DNA from: Bellilinea caldifistulae
GTDB taxonomy: Bacteria; Chloroflexota; Anaerolineae; Anaerolineales; Anaerolineaceae
Reading direction: 5' to 3'
DNA length: 32,000 nucleotides
Assembly: GCF_001306055.1 (NCBI RefSeq)
Contig: NZ_LGHJ01000011.1
Coordinates: 210,001 to 242,000, forward strand
Numbering within the stretch: position 1 is the stretch's first letter; each line of letters opens with the position of its first letter. The notes beneath the pieces are model-generated. The model worked only from the letters and a program-made list of their open reading frames with translations, did no database searches and was not told where the DNA came from. The position numbers were made by a program, and so were the translations under genes. Shown one piece after another: positions 6,625-14,100 of this stretch.

Positions 6625-7490
6625 GGCGCGGGGGATTGGACAAGTTGCTGAAGGGCAGTGCGCACCTGCCCGGCGGTGCGCAGCGGTGAGCCCGGCTGGG
6701 GCTGCCATTCGCGGATGCGCACGCCCAGACCGTGCTGGCGGAACACGCCCCGTTCGCGGTCTTGATCGCGGTAAAAGTAATCGAAGGACTGTTCCAGCCG
6801 CTTTTGGGCGCGTTCGGCAAAGGCGGCGCGGCTTTCAAAGCGGGCGATGATCAGAAAATCGGTCGGCGTAAGATGGCCGAGGAAGAACTCGGCGCGGCTC
6901 ATCTCGCGGGTCAGGTCCTGCAGCATCAGCCCCAGGGCGCGCAGCAGGTCATCCGAGGCAACAAAGCCGTACACCTCGCGGAAGTGGTCGAGATTGAGGA
7001 TGGAAACGACAAACAGGGCGGCGGTCGGGTCATCCAGCCAGGCTTGCAGGTGTTCGTCCACCAGTGCGCCTTCGGGCAGACCGGTGACCGGGTTGGTCAG
7101 GCTGCCCTGACGGGCGCGGCGCAGGGTATTGCGCACCCGCAGGCGCAGTTCCTGAATATCGAAGGGCTTGGTGATGTAGTCCTCGGCATTGAGCTGCAAG
7201 CCGCGCAGCCGGTCGCTGCGTTCGCGCCGCTCGGTCAGAAACAGGATGGGGATATCTTTGGTCTTGCGGTGTTCGCGCAAGCGGCGCGCCACCTCAAAGC
7301 CGTCCACATCCGGCAGGCGGATATCGAGGATGATCAGGTCGGGCAGGGTGGATTGAGCAGCCTGCAAGCCGTCTTCTCCCCAGTGGACGGCGTGGACTTC
7401 GTACCCCTGCGATTGAAAATAGGCGCTGAGCATTTCCGCCACATCCACATCATCTTCGACAATCAGAAGGGTCGCCTTTTCGTCTTCCAC
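6621..7490 (-). CDS. Response regulator: REC domain fused to a degenerate GGDEF-like domain
   Basis: REC features: LLIVEDD, ILDIRLPDVDG, ITKPF. The C-terminal part follows the GGDEF fold pattern (NPVTGLP, LNLDHFREVYG), but the catalytic GGDEF position reads LTPTDF. The start codon is GTG at 7490. Confidence 0.8.
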   Translation of the reverse strand: MEDEKATLLIVEDDVDVAEMLSAYFQSQGYEVHAVHWGEDGLQAAQSTLPDLIILDIRLPDVDGFEVARRLREHRKTKDIPILFLTERRERSDRLRGLQLNAEDYITKPFDIQELRLRVRNTLRRARQGSLTNPVTGLPEGALVDEHLQAWLDDPTAALFVVSILNLDHFREVYGFVASDDLLRALGLMLQDLTREMSRAEFFLGHLTPTDFLIIARFESRAAFAERAQKRLEQSFDYFYRDQDRERGVFRQHGLGVRIREWQPQPGSPLRTAGQVRTALQQLVQSPAP

Positions 7491-7509
7491 GGGGATGCCG
7501 TCCGCTGGT

Positions 7510-8142
7510 TCAGGAAATCGGTTCTTTGAGGATCACAAAATTGCAGGTTTCATCACCCACCGAGCGGGCGGTGGTCTGGGTCACGCGGAATTCGTGGCCG
7601 CCGGAGACCCATTTGAGGCCCTCTTGCAACAAACCGGTGGCGATGAAGCAGGCCGGTTTATCGGTGTGCCGCCCCCAGCAAACCGGGCAGCGGTGGATGA
7701 TGTAGACAAAGTGGTCGTCCTTTTCTTCCACCGTGCTGAGTTGATCGCTGGTTTGGGTGAAGATGCGCGCCATGGCGGGCAGGCCGATGCGCAGTTTGGC
7801 GTGGAGGGGCAGGACCTTAAAGGCCAGGTCGCCGACTCCGGCCAGCGCGCCGAAGTTGCGCAGGGCGGCATCAAAGGTTGCCCGTCCGGCGCGCAGAGCC
7901 AGCCCGCGTCCGCCGCGCGGCCCGTACATCTCTTCCAGTGCGCCCTGAATGGCGGAAAAATCGGCAAAATCGAACTGGCGCTCCAGATTATCGGGCGGGT
8001 AGTTGTTGATCAGGTGCGGCAGGCCGGCCAGGTTGAGGATGGCGTTCAGGCCGTTCTTGCCCATCACCTCTTCGTAGGCGAGGATGGCAATCCGCGCAAT
8101 TTTATTGGGGTAGTAGAGGCCGCTTTTTGGGATGGGTTCCAT
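7510..8142 (-). CDS. V4R (4-vinyl reductase-type) domain protein
   Basis: The C-terminal pattern HRCPVCWG...KPACFIATGLLQEGLKWVSG...VTQTTARSVGDETCNFVI matches the Cys-containing V4R / COG1719-like signature (C-x2-C ... C-F ... G-x-L-x-G ... G-D-x-x-C-x-F). Confidence 0.6.
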   Translation of the reverse strand: MEPIPKSGLYYPNKIARIAILAYEEVMGKNGLNAILNLAGLPHLINNYPPDNLERQFDFADFSAIQGALEEMYGPRGGRGLALRAGRATFDAALRNFGALAGVGDLAFKVLPLHAKLRIGLPAMARIFTQTSDQLSTVEEKDDHFVYIIHRCPVCWGRHTDKPACFIATGLLQEGLKWVSGGHEFRVTQTTARSVGDETCNFVILKEPIS

Positions 8143-8157
8143 GGTATTTGAGCGCCT

Positions 8158-8529
8158 TTAGATGAGTTTGGCAAGGTCTTCGGCGGCGCGGCGCATATCC
8201 AGCAGAATCAGCCCCAGTTTGGCCTGTTCGCGCGCCAGGGTGGTCAGCACGGCTTCTTCCCCCACCGCCATCAGCACCACATAGCCCTTCTGCCCGCGGA
8301 TGTAGACCTGCTCAATTTCGCCGCGGCCGAGTTCGCCGGCAATGCGCTCGCCGAGCGCCAGCATGGCCGCCGACATGGCCGAAACGCGGTCTTCCTCCAC
8401 CCCCTGGGGCAGGGCCGAGGCAATCGAAAGACCGTCAATGCTGACGACGGCTGAGGCTTCGATATCCGGCGATGAAGCCTGCAATTCGCGCAGGCGGTCA
8501 ACCATCAATTGGGTACGCGATCGTGTCAC
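8158..8529 (-). CDS. Roadblock/LC7 (MglB-like) domain protein
   Basis: IEASAVVSIDGLSIASALPQGVEEDRVSAMSAAMLALGERIAGELGRGEIEQVYIRGQKGYVVLMAVGEEAVLTTL is a typical Roadblock/LC7 pattern. I prefer the GTG at 8529, which has GAGGAG 7 nt upstream. ATG 8505 and the track start 8568 are alternatives. Confidence 0.75.
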   Translation of the reverse strand: MTRSRTQLMVDRLRELQASSPDIEASAVVSIDGLSIASALPQGVEEDRVSAMSAAMLALGERIAGELGRGEIEQVYIRGQKGYVVLMAVGEEAVLTTLAREQAKLGLILLDMRRAAEDLAKLI

Positions 8530-8588
8530 GGTGGAACTCCTCAGAACAAATCCTCTTCTGACCGGCACGGTCAGAAAGGTTATTAATT

Positions 8589-8617
8589 ACTTTAGCATAG
8601 GGCTTAAGCAGTGTCAA
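8589..8617 (-). promoter_or_regulatory. Candidate promoter of the Roadblock-V4R-REC-GT2 operon
   Basis: The minus strand reads TTGACA (8617-8612), then 17 nt, then TAAAGT (8594-8589), preceded by TGC (extended -10 like). Confidence 0.45.
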
Positions 8618-8661
8618 GCAAAGCGACTTTTTAGTTTTGAAAAGTGGGGCGATCCCAAAAT

Positions 8662-8691
8662 TTGACAAATCCGCCGGGGTTGTGCTAAACT
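8662..8691 (+). promoter_or_regulatory. Candidate promoter of the his leader / hisD
   Basis: TTGACA (8662-8667), then 18 nt, then TAAACT (8686-8691), preceded by TGC. The predicted start site would fall at or next to the leader ATG at 8698. Confidence 0.5.
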
Positions 8692-8697
8692 AGCCCC

Positions 8698-8784
8698 ATG
8701 ATGTTCCCGCACAGCCACGCCCACGCTCATCATCCCCCCGTCCGCTCGGCGGCACGGCGGGTGCGGGCGTTCTGCGGGAGTTGA
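8698..8784 (+). CDS. Candidate histidine-rich leader peptide (28 aa) of a hisD attenuator
   Basis: ATG ATG TTC CCG CAC AGC CAC GCC CAC GCT CAT CAT CCC CCC ... TGA encodes MMFPHSHAHAHHPPVRSAARRVRAFCGS. Five His codons fall within 8 consecutive codons. The ORF lies between a promoter and a terminator, directly upstream of hisD. Confidence 0.55.
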   Translation: MMFPHSHAHAHHPPVRSAARRVRAFCGS

Positions 8785-8805
8785 TTTTTTCCGCCCGTCC
8801 ATCCA

Positions 8806-8834
8806 ATCCCCCGTGCCGCGGGGGATTTTTTTTA
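8806..8834 (+). terminator. Intrinsic terminator between the his leader ORF and hisD
   Basis: The stem ATCCCCCG (8806-8813) / CGGGGGAT (8819-8826) has a 5-nt loop and runs into a run of eight T (8826-8833). The hisD RBS GGAGG follows at 8845-8849. Confidence 0.7.
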
Positions 8835-8857
8835 TATTCTGACCGGAGGTATCTGTC

Positions 8858-10201
8858 ATGTCTTTACCGATTTACGATTCCGAAACCGCCCGCCGTACCG
8901 TTTTGCTGCGCCGCCCGCCGGACGAGGTCAGCCTGCCGGCCGCCGTGCAGGAGCGGATTGCCGCCCTGTTCGGCGAACCCCTGACCGCCGAGCAGGCGGT
9001 TGCGCGGATTGTGAGCGATGTGCGCCGGCGCGGCGATGAGGCGCTGCGCGAGTGGACGCGCAAACTGGATGGCGCCGACCTGAGCGGCGGGCTGCAAATT
9101 CCGCCGGAGGACTGCCGCGCTGCGCTGGACTCTCTGCCGGACGATCTGCGCGCCGCCCTGCAAACCGCGGCGGAGCGCATCCGCCAGTTTCACCGCCGCC
9201 AGCCGGCCCTTTCGTGGATCGAGCAGAATCCGGAAGGCACGCTCGGCCAGTTAATCCGCCCGATTGAGCGGGTGGGTGTGTATGTGCCGGGCGGCAGCGC
9301 GCCGCTGCCCTCCTCGGTGCTGATGTCGGTCATCCCGGCGCGGGTCGCCGGGGTCAGCCGGGTGGTGGTCTGCACGCCGCCGGGGCGGGATGGCAGCGTC
9401 AATCCGGTCATTCTGGCGGCTTGCGCGCTGGCGGAGGTGGATGCCGTCTACCGGCTTGGCGGGGCGCAGGCGATTGCGGCAATGGCATTCGGCACGCCCG
9501 GCCTGCCGGCGGTGGATAAAATCGTCGGGGCTGGCGGGCTGTTCGTCACCCTTGCCAAACGGCAGGTGTTCGGCGTGGTCGGCATTGAGGGACTGGCCGG
9601 CCCCACCGAAACGCTGGTAATTGCCGATGAAAGCGCCAACCCGCGCCGCGTGGCAGCCGATTTACTGGCCCAGGCCGAACACGACCCGCTGGCAACCGCT
9701 CTGCTGCTGACCCCCTCACGCCGGCTGGCCGAGGCGGTTGCCGCGCAGGTGGATGAACTGCTGGGCGATACGGCAGCCGACCGGCTGGAACGGGCCGAAA
9801 TCATCCGCGCTTCGCTGGCGGCGCGCGGCGGGGCGGTCGTCACCCGCGATCTGGACGAGGCGGTGGATTTGTGCAACGCTTACGCCCCCGAACATCTCAA
9901 TCTGGTGGTGCGGGACGGCTGGGCCTGGCTGCCTAAAATCCGCAATGCCGGCGGGGTGTTCCTGGATGAGGATTCGTGCGAGGTGATGGGCGATTACATC
10001 GCCGGGCCAAGTCACGTGATGCCGACCGGCGGTTCGGCGCGCTACGCTTCCCCGCTGAACGTGTGGGACTTTGTCAAGATCGTCAGTCTGGTGGGGCTGA
10101 ACCGCGCCGCGGTGCAGCAGCTCAGCCCGCTGGCTGAACGGCTGGCGCTGGCCGAGGGACTGGGCGCCCACGCCCTGGCGGCCCGCCTGCGCAAAGGGTG
10201 A
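8858..10201 (+). CDS. hisD: Histidinol dehydrogenase
   Basis: 447 aa with the characteristic HisD layout and motifs ([46 protein letters not shown]). The RBS GGAGG lies 8 nt upstream of the ATG. Confidence 0.95.
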   Translation: MSLPIYDSETARRTVLLRRPPDEVSLPAAVQERIAALFGEPLTAEQAVARIVSDVRRRGDEALREWTRKLDGADLSGGLQIPPEDCRAALDSLPDDLRAALQTAAERIRQFHRRQPALSWIEQNPEGTLGQLIRPIERVGVYVPGGSAPLPSSVLMSVIPARVAGVSRVVVCTPPGRDGSVNPVILAACALAEVDAVYRLGGAQAIAAMAFGTPGLPAVDKIVGAGGLFVTLAKRQVFGVVGIEGLAGPTETLVIADESANPRRVAADLLAQAEHDPLATALLLTPSRRLAEAVAAQVDELLGDTAADRLERAEIIRASLAARGGAVVTRDLDEAVDLCNAYAPEHLNLVVRDGWAWLPKIRNAGGVFLDEDSCEVMGDYIAGPSHVMPTGGSARYASPLNVWDFVKIVSLVGLNRAAVQQLSPLAERLALAEGLGAHALAARLRKG

Positions 10202-10365
10202 GCGGGAGGTTGCCACGCCGCTTGCGGCGGTTCGCAATGACATGCCATTTTTAACGCCATTCCGAGCGTCAGCGACGCTTTACAATGCAGGGGAGTCTCC
10301 CGCCCCGCCAATCTCCCCTCTCGCCACCCCAACGGCTCTGCGGGAGATTGGCGGAGCGGGCGGGG
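10202..10365. repeat. Composite intergenic hairpin repeat (GCGGGAG-TTGCC...CGCAATGAC unit, a second short hairpin unit, and a long inverted repeat)
   Basis: Unit X lies at 10202-10241 and unit Y at about 10251-10278. The inverted repeat TCTCCCGCCCCGCCAATCTCCC (10296-10317) pairs with GGGAGATTGGCGGAGCGGGCGGGG (10342-10365). Related copies occur at 15056-15221 and 27272-27346. Confidence 0.6.
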
Positions 10366-10423
10366 TCGAACTTGTGCTACAATAAAAAAAGCCAGCATCT
10401 GCGTTAATTCACCGGAGGTTTTG

Positions 10424-10864
10424 ATGATCGAAATCCGCTCCCCACAAACCCGCGAGGACTTCAAAGCCTACTACGACCTGCGTTACCGCATTTTGCGCGA
10501 ACCGTGGGGCTTGCCGCGCGGCACCGAAAAGGACGACTACGAGCCGATCAGCCAGCACTTCATGGCGGTAGATACGCAAACCGGTGAGGTCTTGGGGGTG
10601 GTGAAGTTATTCGAAAAAGAACCGGGAGTGGGCTGTTTTTCGCATCTGGCGGTAGCCGGCAAAGCCCAACGCCGGGGCATCGGTAAAATGTTGATGGACG
10701 CCGTGGAACAAGCCGCCCGCCAGCGCGGATTCAAAGTGTTGGGCTGTCAGGCGCGCCTCAACACCACCGATTACTTCAAGAAATTCGGCTATCAGATTGC
10801 CGGCCTGCCGACCCAGTACTTCGGCACCACCCAGGTGGTCTGGATGGAGAAAAAACTGGACTAA
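10424..10864 (+). CDS. GNAT family N-acetyltransferase
   Basis: The acetyl-CoA binding motif AQRRGIGKMLM (Q/R-x-x-G-x-G/A) is present in a roughly 146-aa protein. The ATG at 10424 has GGAGG 5 nt upstream. The track start at 10421 is a TTG. Confidence 0.8.
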   Translation: MIEIRSPQTREDFKAYYDLRYRILREPWGLPRGTEKDDYEPISQHFMAVDTQTGEVLGVVKLFEKEPGVGCFSHLAVAGKAQRRGIGKMLMDAVEQAARQRGFKVLGCQARLNTTDYFKKFGYQIAGLPTQYFGTTQVVWMEKKLD

Positions 10865-11727
10865 ACATCCACCGAGGGCTGGGCACGCTTTGAGCGCCGG
10901 AACAACAGACCCAACAGCCCGCCAATTGGCACCAGCAGCCAGTTGATCAGCCCGTTGATTAACCCAAATCCCTGGCTGAGCCACACCAGCACGGGGCGCA
11001 GAACCACCTGCAGAGAGTGGAAACGGTCGTACGCCAGCGCAATCAGAATGGTCGCCACCGAAATTCCAAAGCGCGCCCAGTCGGAAAATTCCATCACCCC
11101 TAATTCTTCCAGCACCAGTTCAATACCGATGTTCAACACCAGCACATAGGCGGCCGCTTTCAGCACCGGGAAGCGCAGCACAACGCTGCTGAAAATGCCC
11201 GCCGCAAAACGCATCACCAGAATGCCAATGAACACCCCCAGCATCACCACCCACAACTGATCCGACAGGGAAACCGCCGCAACCACATTATCCAGACTGA
11301 AAGCCAGATCCATTAACTCCACATTCAGGACCGTGATCCAGAAACCGGTCTGTTTGACCTTGCGCAGCCCGTCATCATCGGCTTCATCGTGGTGACCGGC
11401 TCCTAAATCGTCCAGCGCCAGTCGAATCAGGTAGGCGGCGCCGATCAGTTTGAGCCACGGGTTGCGAATGATGTAGCTGGCTGCCAGCAGCATCAGCCCG
11501 CGCCCGATGTAAGCGCCCAGCAGACCGGCCCGCAAAGCGCCTTCGCGCTGATGTCCGAGCGGTTTTTCCAAAATCTTGCCCAGCCAGCTCAGGGCTTTTG
11601 GCCACGGAATCGGCTGATCGGACGGCAGCACCGATACCATTGCCCCCAGCACGGCTGCATTGTCAATCGAAAGGATGCCTTCCAGAAAAATCAATTGCAA
11701 AATAATGACAATGAAGGAAAAATCCAC
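10861..11727 (-). CDS. TerC/DUF475-type integral membrane protein
   Basis: Duplicated motif LEGILSIDNAAVLG ... DLAFSLDNVVAAVSLS within a polytopic protein. The GTG start has AAGGAG 8 nt upstream. The stop codon overlaps the convergent GNAT stop (10861-10864). Confidence 0.75.
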   Translation of the reverse strand: MDFSFIVIILQLIFLEGILSIDNAAVLGAMVSVLPSDQPIPWPKALSWLGKILEKPLGHQREGALRAGLLGAYIGRGLMLLAASYIIRNPWLKLIGAAYLIRLALDDLGAGHHDEADDDGLRKVKQTGFWITVLNVELMDLAFSLDNVVAAVSLSDQLWVVMLGVFIGILVMRFAAGIFSSVVLRFPVLKAAAYVLVLNIGIELVLEELGVMEFSDWARFGISVATILIALAYDRFHSLQVVLRPVLVWLSQGFGLINGLINWLLVPIGGLLGLLFRRSKRAQPSVDV

Positions 11728-11915
11728 TGGTGTGCTCCTTGCGTTTTTTTTCCGCAGTTAAGAACAAAAACACCCCTCTCCCCGCCGGGAGATGTCATCT
11801 GTGATTGCGGGTGTTGGAAAGAAGGGGGAATGGACTGCTTTTCTGTTTATACCACCATCTGAGCGCTGTGGTTAAAAATTAAGCGGATTATCGTTTCGCA
11901 TCAGGATAAAAAGCA

Positions 11916-12668
11916 TTATCCGCGCTGTTGATGTTCGGTCAGTTTTCCCAGAAAGTAGGGCAGCATCTTGCGCCACCACGGCCAGTCGTGGTTGACATCG
12001 TGTCCCCACAGGTCAATCCACGCCGGGATTCCTTTGGCTTCCAGAATGCCGCGCAGGACGGCCAGTTCGGCGTTCATCTCCTCCTCCCAGGCACCTTGCC
12101 CGGCACACAGGATGATCTGACTGCGGCGGTACTTTTCCAGGTACCACTCATCGCTCAGGTTGGGCAGGTACAATAACGGCGAGTTGAAGTAAACCCGCTC
12201 ATCCACGTAATCACCCACGAACAAACGCAGGCTGAATACCCCGCTCAGGCTGATGACGCTGTCGAACACATCCGGGTGGCGAAAGAAGAAGTTGGCAGAA
12301 TGATAGCCGCCCATGCTGCAGCCGGTGGTCAGCAGCAGCGCCTCTTCGCCGCAGCGCTGGCGGATGAACGGTACAACCTCGTGGATGATGTAGCGGTCGT
12401 AATCCTCATGCCGCCAGCCGCGGTCGTAGGGATGGGCGCCCCAGTTGCACCACGATTGATTATCCACACTATCCACCGTGTAGAACTGGAACAACCCCTG
12501 TTCAATGAACCAGCCGGCCGCCTCGATCATGCCGAAGTTTTCAAAGTCGTAAAACCTTCCGCCCATCGCCGGGAAGACCAGAACCGGCTTGCCGGCGTGT
12601 CCGTAAACTTTAAATTCCATGTCCTGATGGAGGTTCTCGCTCCAGTAGCGGTGATATTCAATATTCAT
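11916..12668 (-). CDS. Esterase family alpha/beta hydrolase (esterase D / Fes-like fold)
   Basis: Nucleophile elbow GCSMGG, followed by the conserved downstream DxxxxHDW-type region (WGHDVNHDWPWW). It lies 9 nt downstream of the ATP-grasp gene. Confidence 0.75.
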   Translation of the reverse strand: MNIEYHRYWSENLHQDMEFKVYGHAGKPVLVFPAMGGRFYDFENFGMIEAAGWFIEQGLFQFYTVDSVDNQSWCNWGAHPYDRGWRHEDYDRYIIHEVVPFIRQRCGEEALLLTTGCSMGGYHSANFFFRHPDVFDSVISLSGVFSLRLFVGDYVDERVYFNSPLLYLPNLSDEWYLEKYRRSQIILCAGQGAWEEEMNAELAVLRGILEAKGIPAWIDLWGHDVNHDWPWWRKMLPYFLGKLTEHQQRG

Positions 12669-12677
12669 GGGTATCTC

Positions 12678-13835
12678 TCAGACCTGCTCGATGATGTAAC
12701 TGGCAATCTCGATCACTTCTTCCTCATAGGGCGAGCGCACGATGAAACCGTAATCGCCGATGGCGGCTGCAAACGCCCCGTCAATGACGCCGTGGTAAAC
12801 CACCTGCTGAGGAAATGCCGCGGTAATTTCATCAATCGAGCGGCGGTAAGGGATGGCGTTGCGCCGTCCCACATACGCGCAGGCGTACGGGCGGGTGATT
12901 TCGGCATCGAAGCGATTGTTGACCACCACATTGGCGTATTCGTAGAACACATCAATGTCGTTGGCAAAGTTGAACATATCGGTGGTCAGGCCGCCCGGCG
13001 GGCGCATGTTGACTTCCAGCGGACGCAAACTGCCATCCGGCGTGCGGAAAAATTCAAAGTGGAAGAAGCGTTCCTGTAAGCGGTACATCGAAACGATTTT
13101 GCGCCCGGCGGCTTCGACATCCGGCTCGATCTGGCGGGTGATCAGGTACCAGAAACTGGTCTGGTTGTTGACAATGTCCATCACGCTGCCGTAGCGCATC
13201 GAAGATGAGAACACAATTTTGCCGGTCTGATTGGTCAGGCCGTCGAAAGTCACAATCTCACCCTCGATTTGTTCTTCCAGCAGGTATTCCACCAGCGGTT
13301 TGCGGGCAAAGAAGTCCTCCAGGTCGCGGCGGCTTTGCAGCCGGTAGGTTTGAAAAGCGCCGACCCCAATATCCGGTTTGGCAATCAGCGGAAAGCCCAG
13401 CTCATCCGCCAGGGCGTGGGCTTCCTGAAGGGTGTGGCAAATCCGCCCGCGGATGGGTTGCAGACCGGCTTTGGCAAACATTTTTTTCATTTCCGACTTG
13501 CGTTTGATGGCCGGAATGTGCTCACTGCGCAGACCGCGGATGTTGAAGTCGGTGCGCAGTCGCGCATCCGATTCCAGCCAGAACTCATTGTGTGATTCGA
13601 GCCGGTCAATTTTGCCGTAACGGTGGGTAAAGTAGCCCACCGCCCGAATGAGCTGGTCGTAATCCTGGGCGTTCCAGACGTGGTAGTACTCGGTCAGCGT
13701 GCTGCGGACTTGCGGGCGAAGTGAGTCCCACGGCGCATCGCCCAGCCCCAGCACATTCACCCCAAAACGGCGCAGGTTGGCCCAAAAAGGCAGGTAATTG
13801 GGCGGGTAGTGGGGAGAAAAAGCGATGAAGTTCAT
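12678..13835 (-). CDS. ATP-grasp domain ligase of unknown substrate
   Basis: An ATP-grasp pattern is visible: KSEMKKMFAKAGL, FPLIAKPDIGVGA, EEQIEGEIVTFDG and EVNMRPPGG (Mg/ATP site). Confidence 0.8.
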   Translation of the reverse strand: MNFIAFSPHYPPNYLPFWANLRRFGVNVLGLGDAPWDSLRPQVRSTLTEYYHVWNAQDYDQLIRAVGYFTHRYGKIDRLESHNEFWLESDARLRTDFNIRGLRSEHIPAIKRKSEMKKMFAKAGLQPIRGRICHTLQEAHALADELGFPLIAKPDIGVGAFQTYRLQSRRDLEDFFARKPLVEYLLEEQIEGEIVTFDGLTNQTGKIVFSSSMRYGSVMDIVNNQTSFWYLITRQIEPDVEAAGRKIVSMYRLQERFFHFEFFRTPDGSLRPLEVNMRPPGGLTTDMFNFANDIDVFYEYANVVVNNRFDAEITRPYACAYVGRRNAIPYRRSIDEITAAFPQQVVYHGVIDGAFAAAIGDYGFIVRSPYEEEVIEIASYIIEQV

Positions 13836-14100
13836 GGATAACTCCGTTGACGCATCATGAATAATTAGACATTTTAAGGAAAAAAGATTGAAATTTCAAG
13901 CAGATTTACAGATTGCTTGTATGGTCTTTTCGAGACATACCCAACCCTCAGCCCGTCCTTTTTAAAAATTAAGAGCAATTTCCTATCCTTTACCTGAATT
14001 AATCCAGAAGGATGTCTGACATTCTTTACGATATAATAATACGGAAGTACCTTTTCCCTTCCCCACCCCATTCATTCCTTCTTTTACAGAGGTAACGGTC

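Noticed and set aside
11728-11915. A possible yybP-ykoY (Mn) riboswitch in the 188-nt leader of the TerC-family gene, since TerC genes are frequent targets.
   Set aside because: Reading the minus strand, I could not find the conserved GGGGAGUAG ... UGACAUA ... AGACC order. Only loose fragments appear (CGGGGAGAGG, GATGACATC) and they are in the wrong order. An Infernal scan would settle this.
13874-14071. 65-aa minus ORF in the AT-rich divergent intergenic region between the ATP-grasp and EamA genes.
   Set aside because: It has no RBS and lies in a promoter-type AT-rich spacer. Its composition-driven K/I/L/Y-rich translation shows no recognisable motif.
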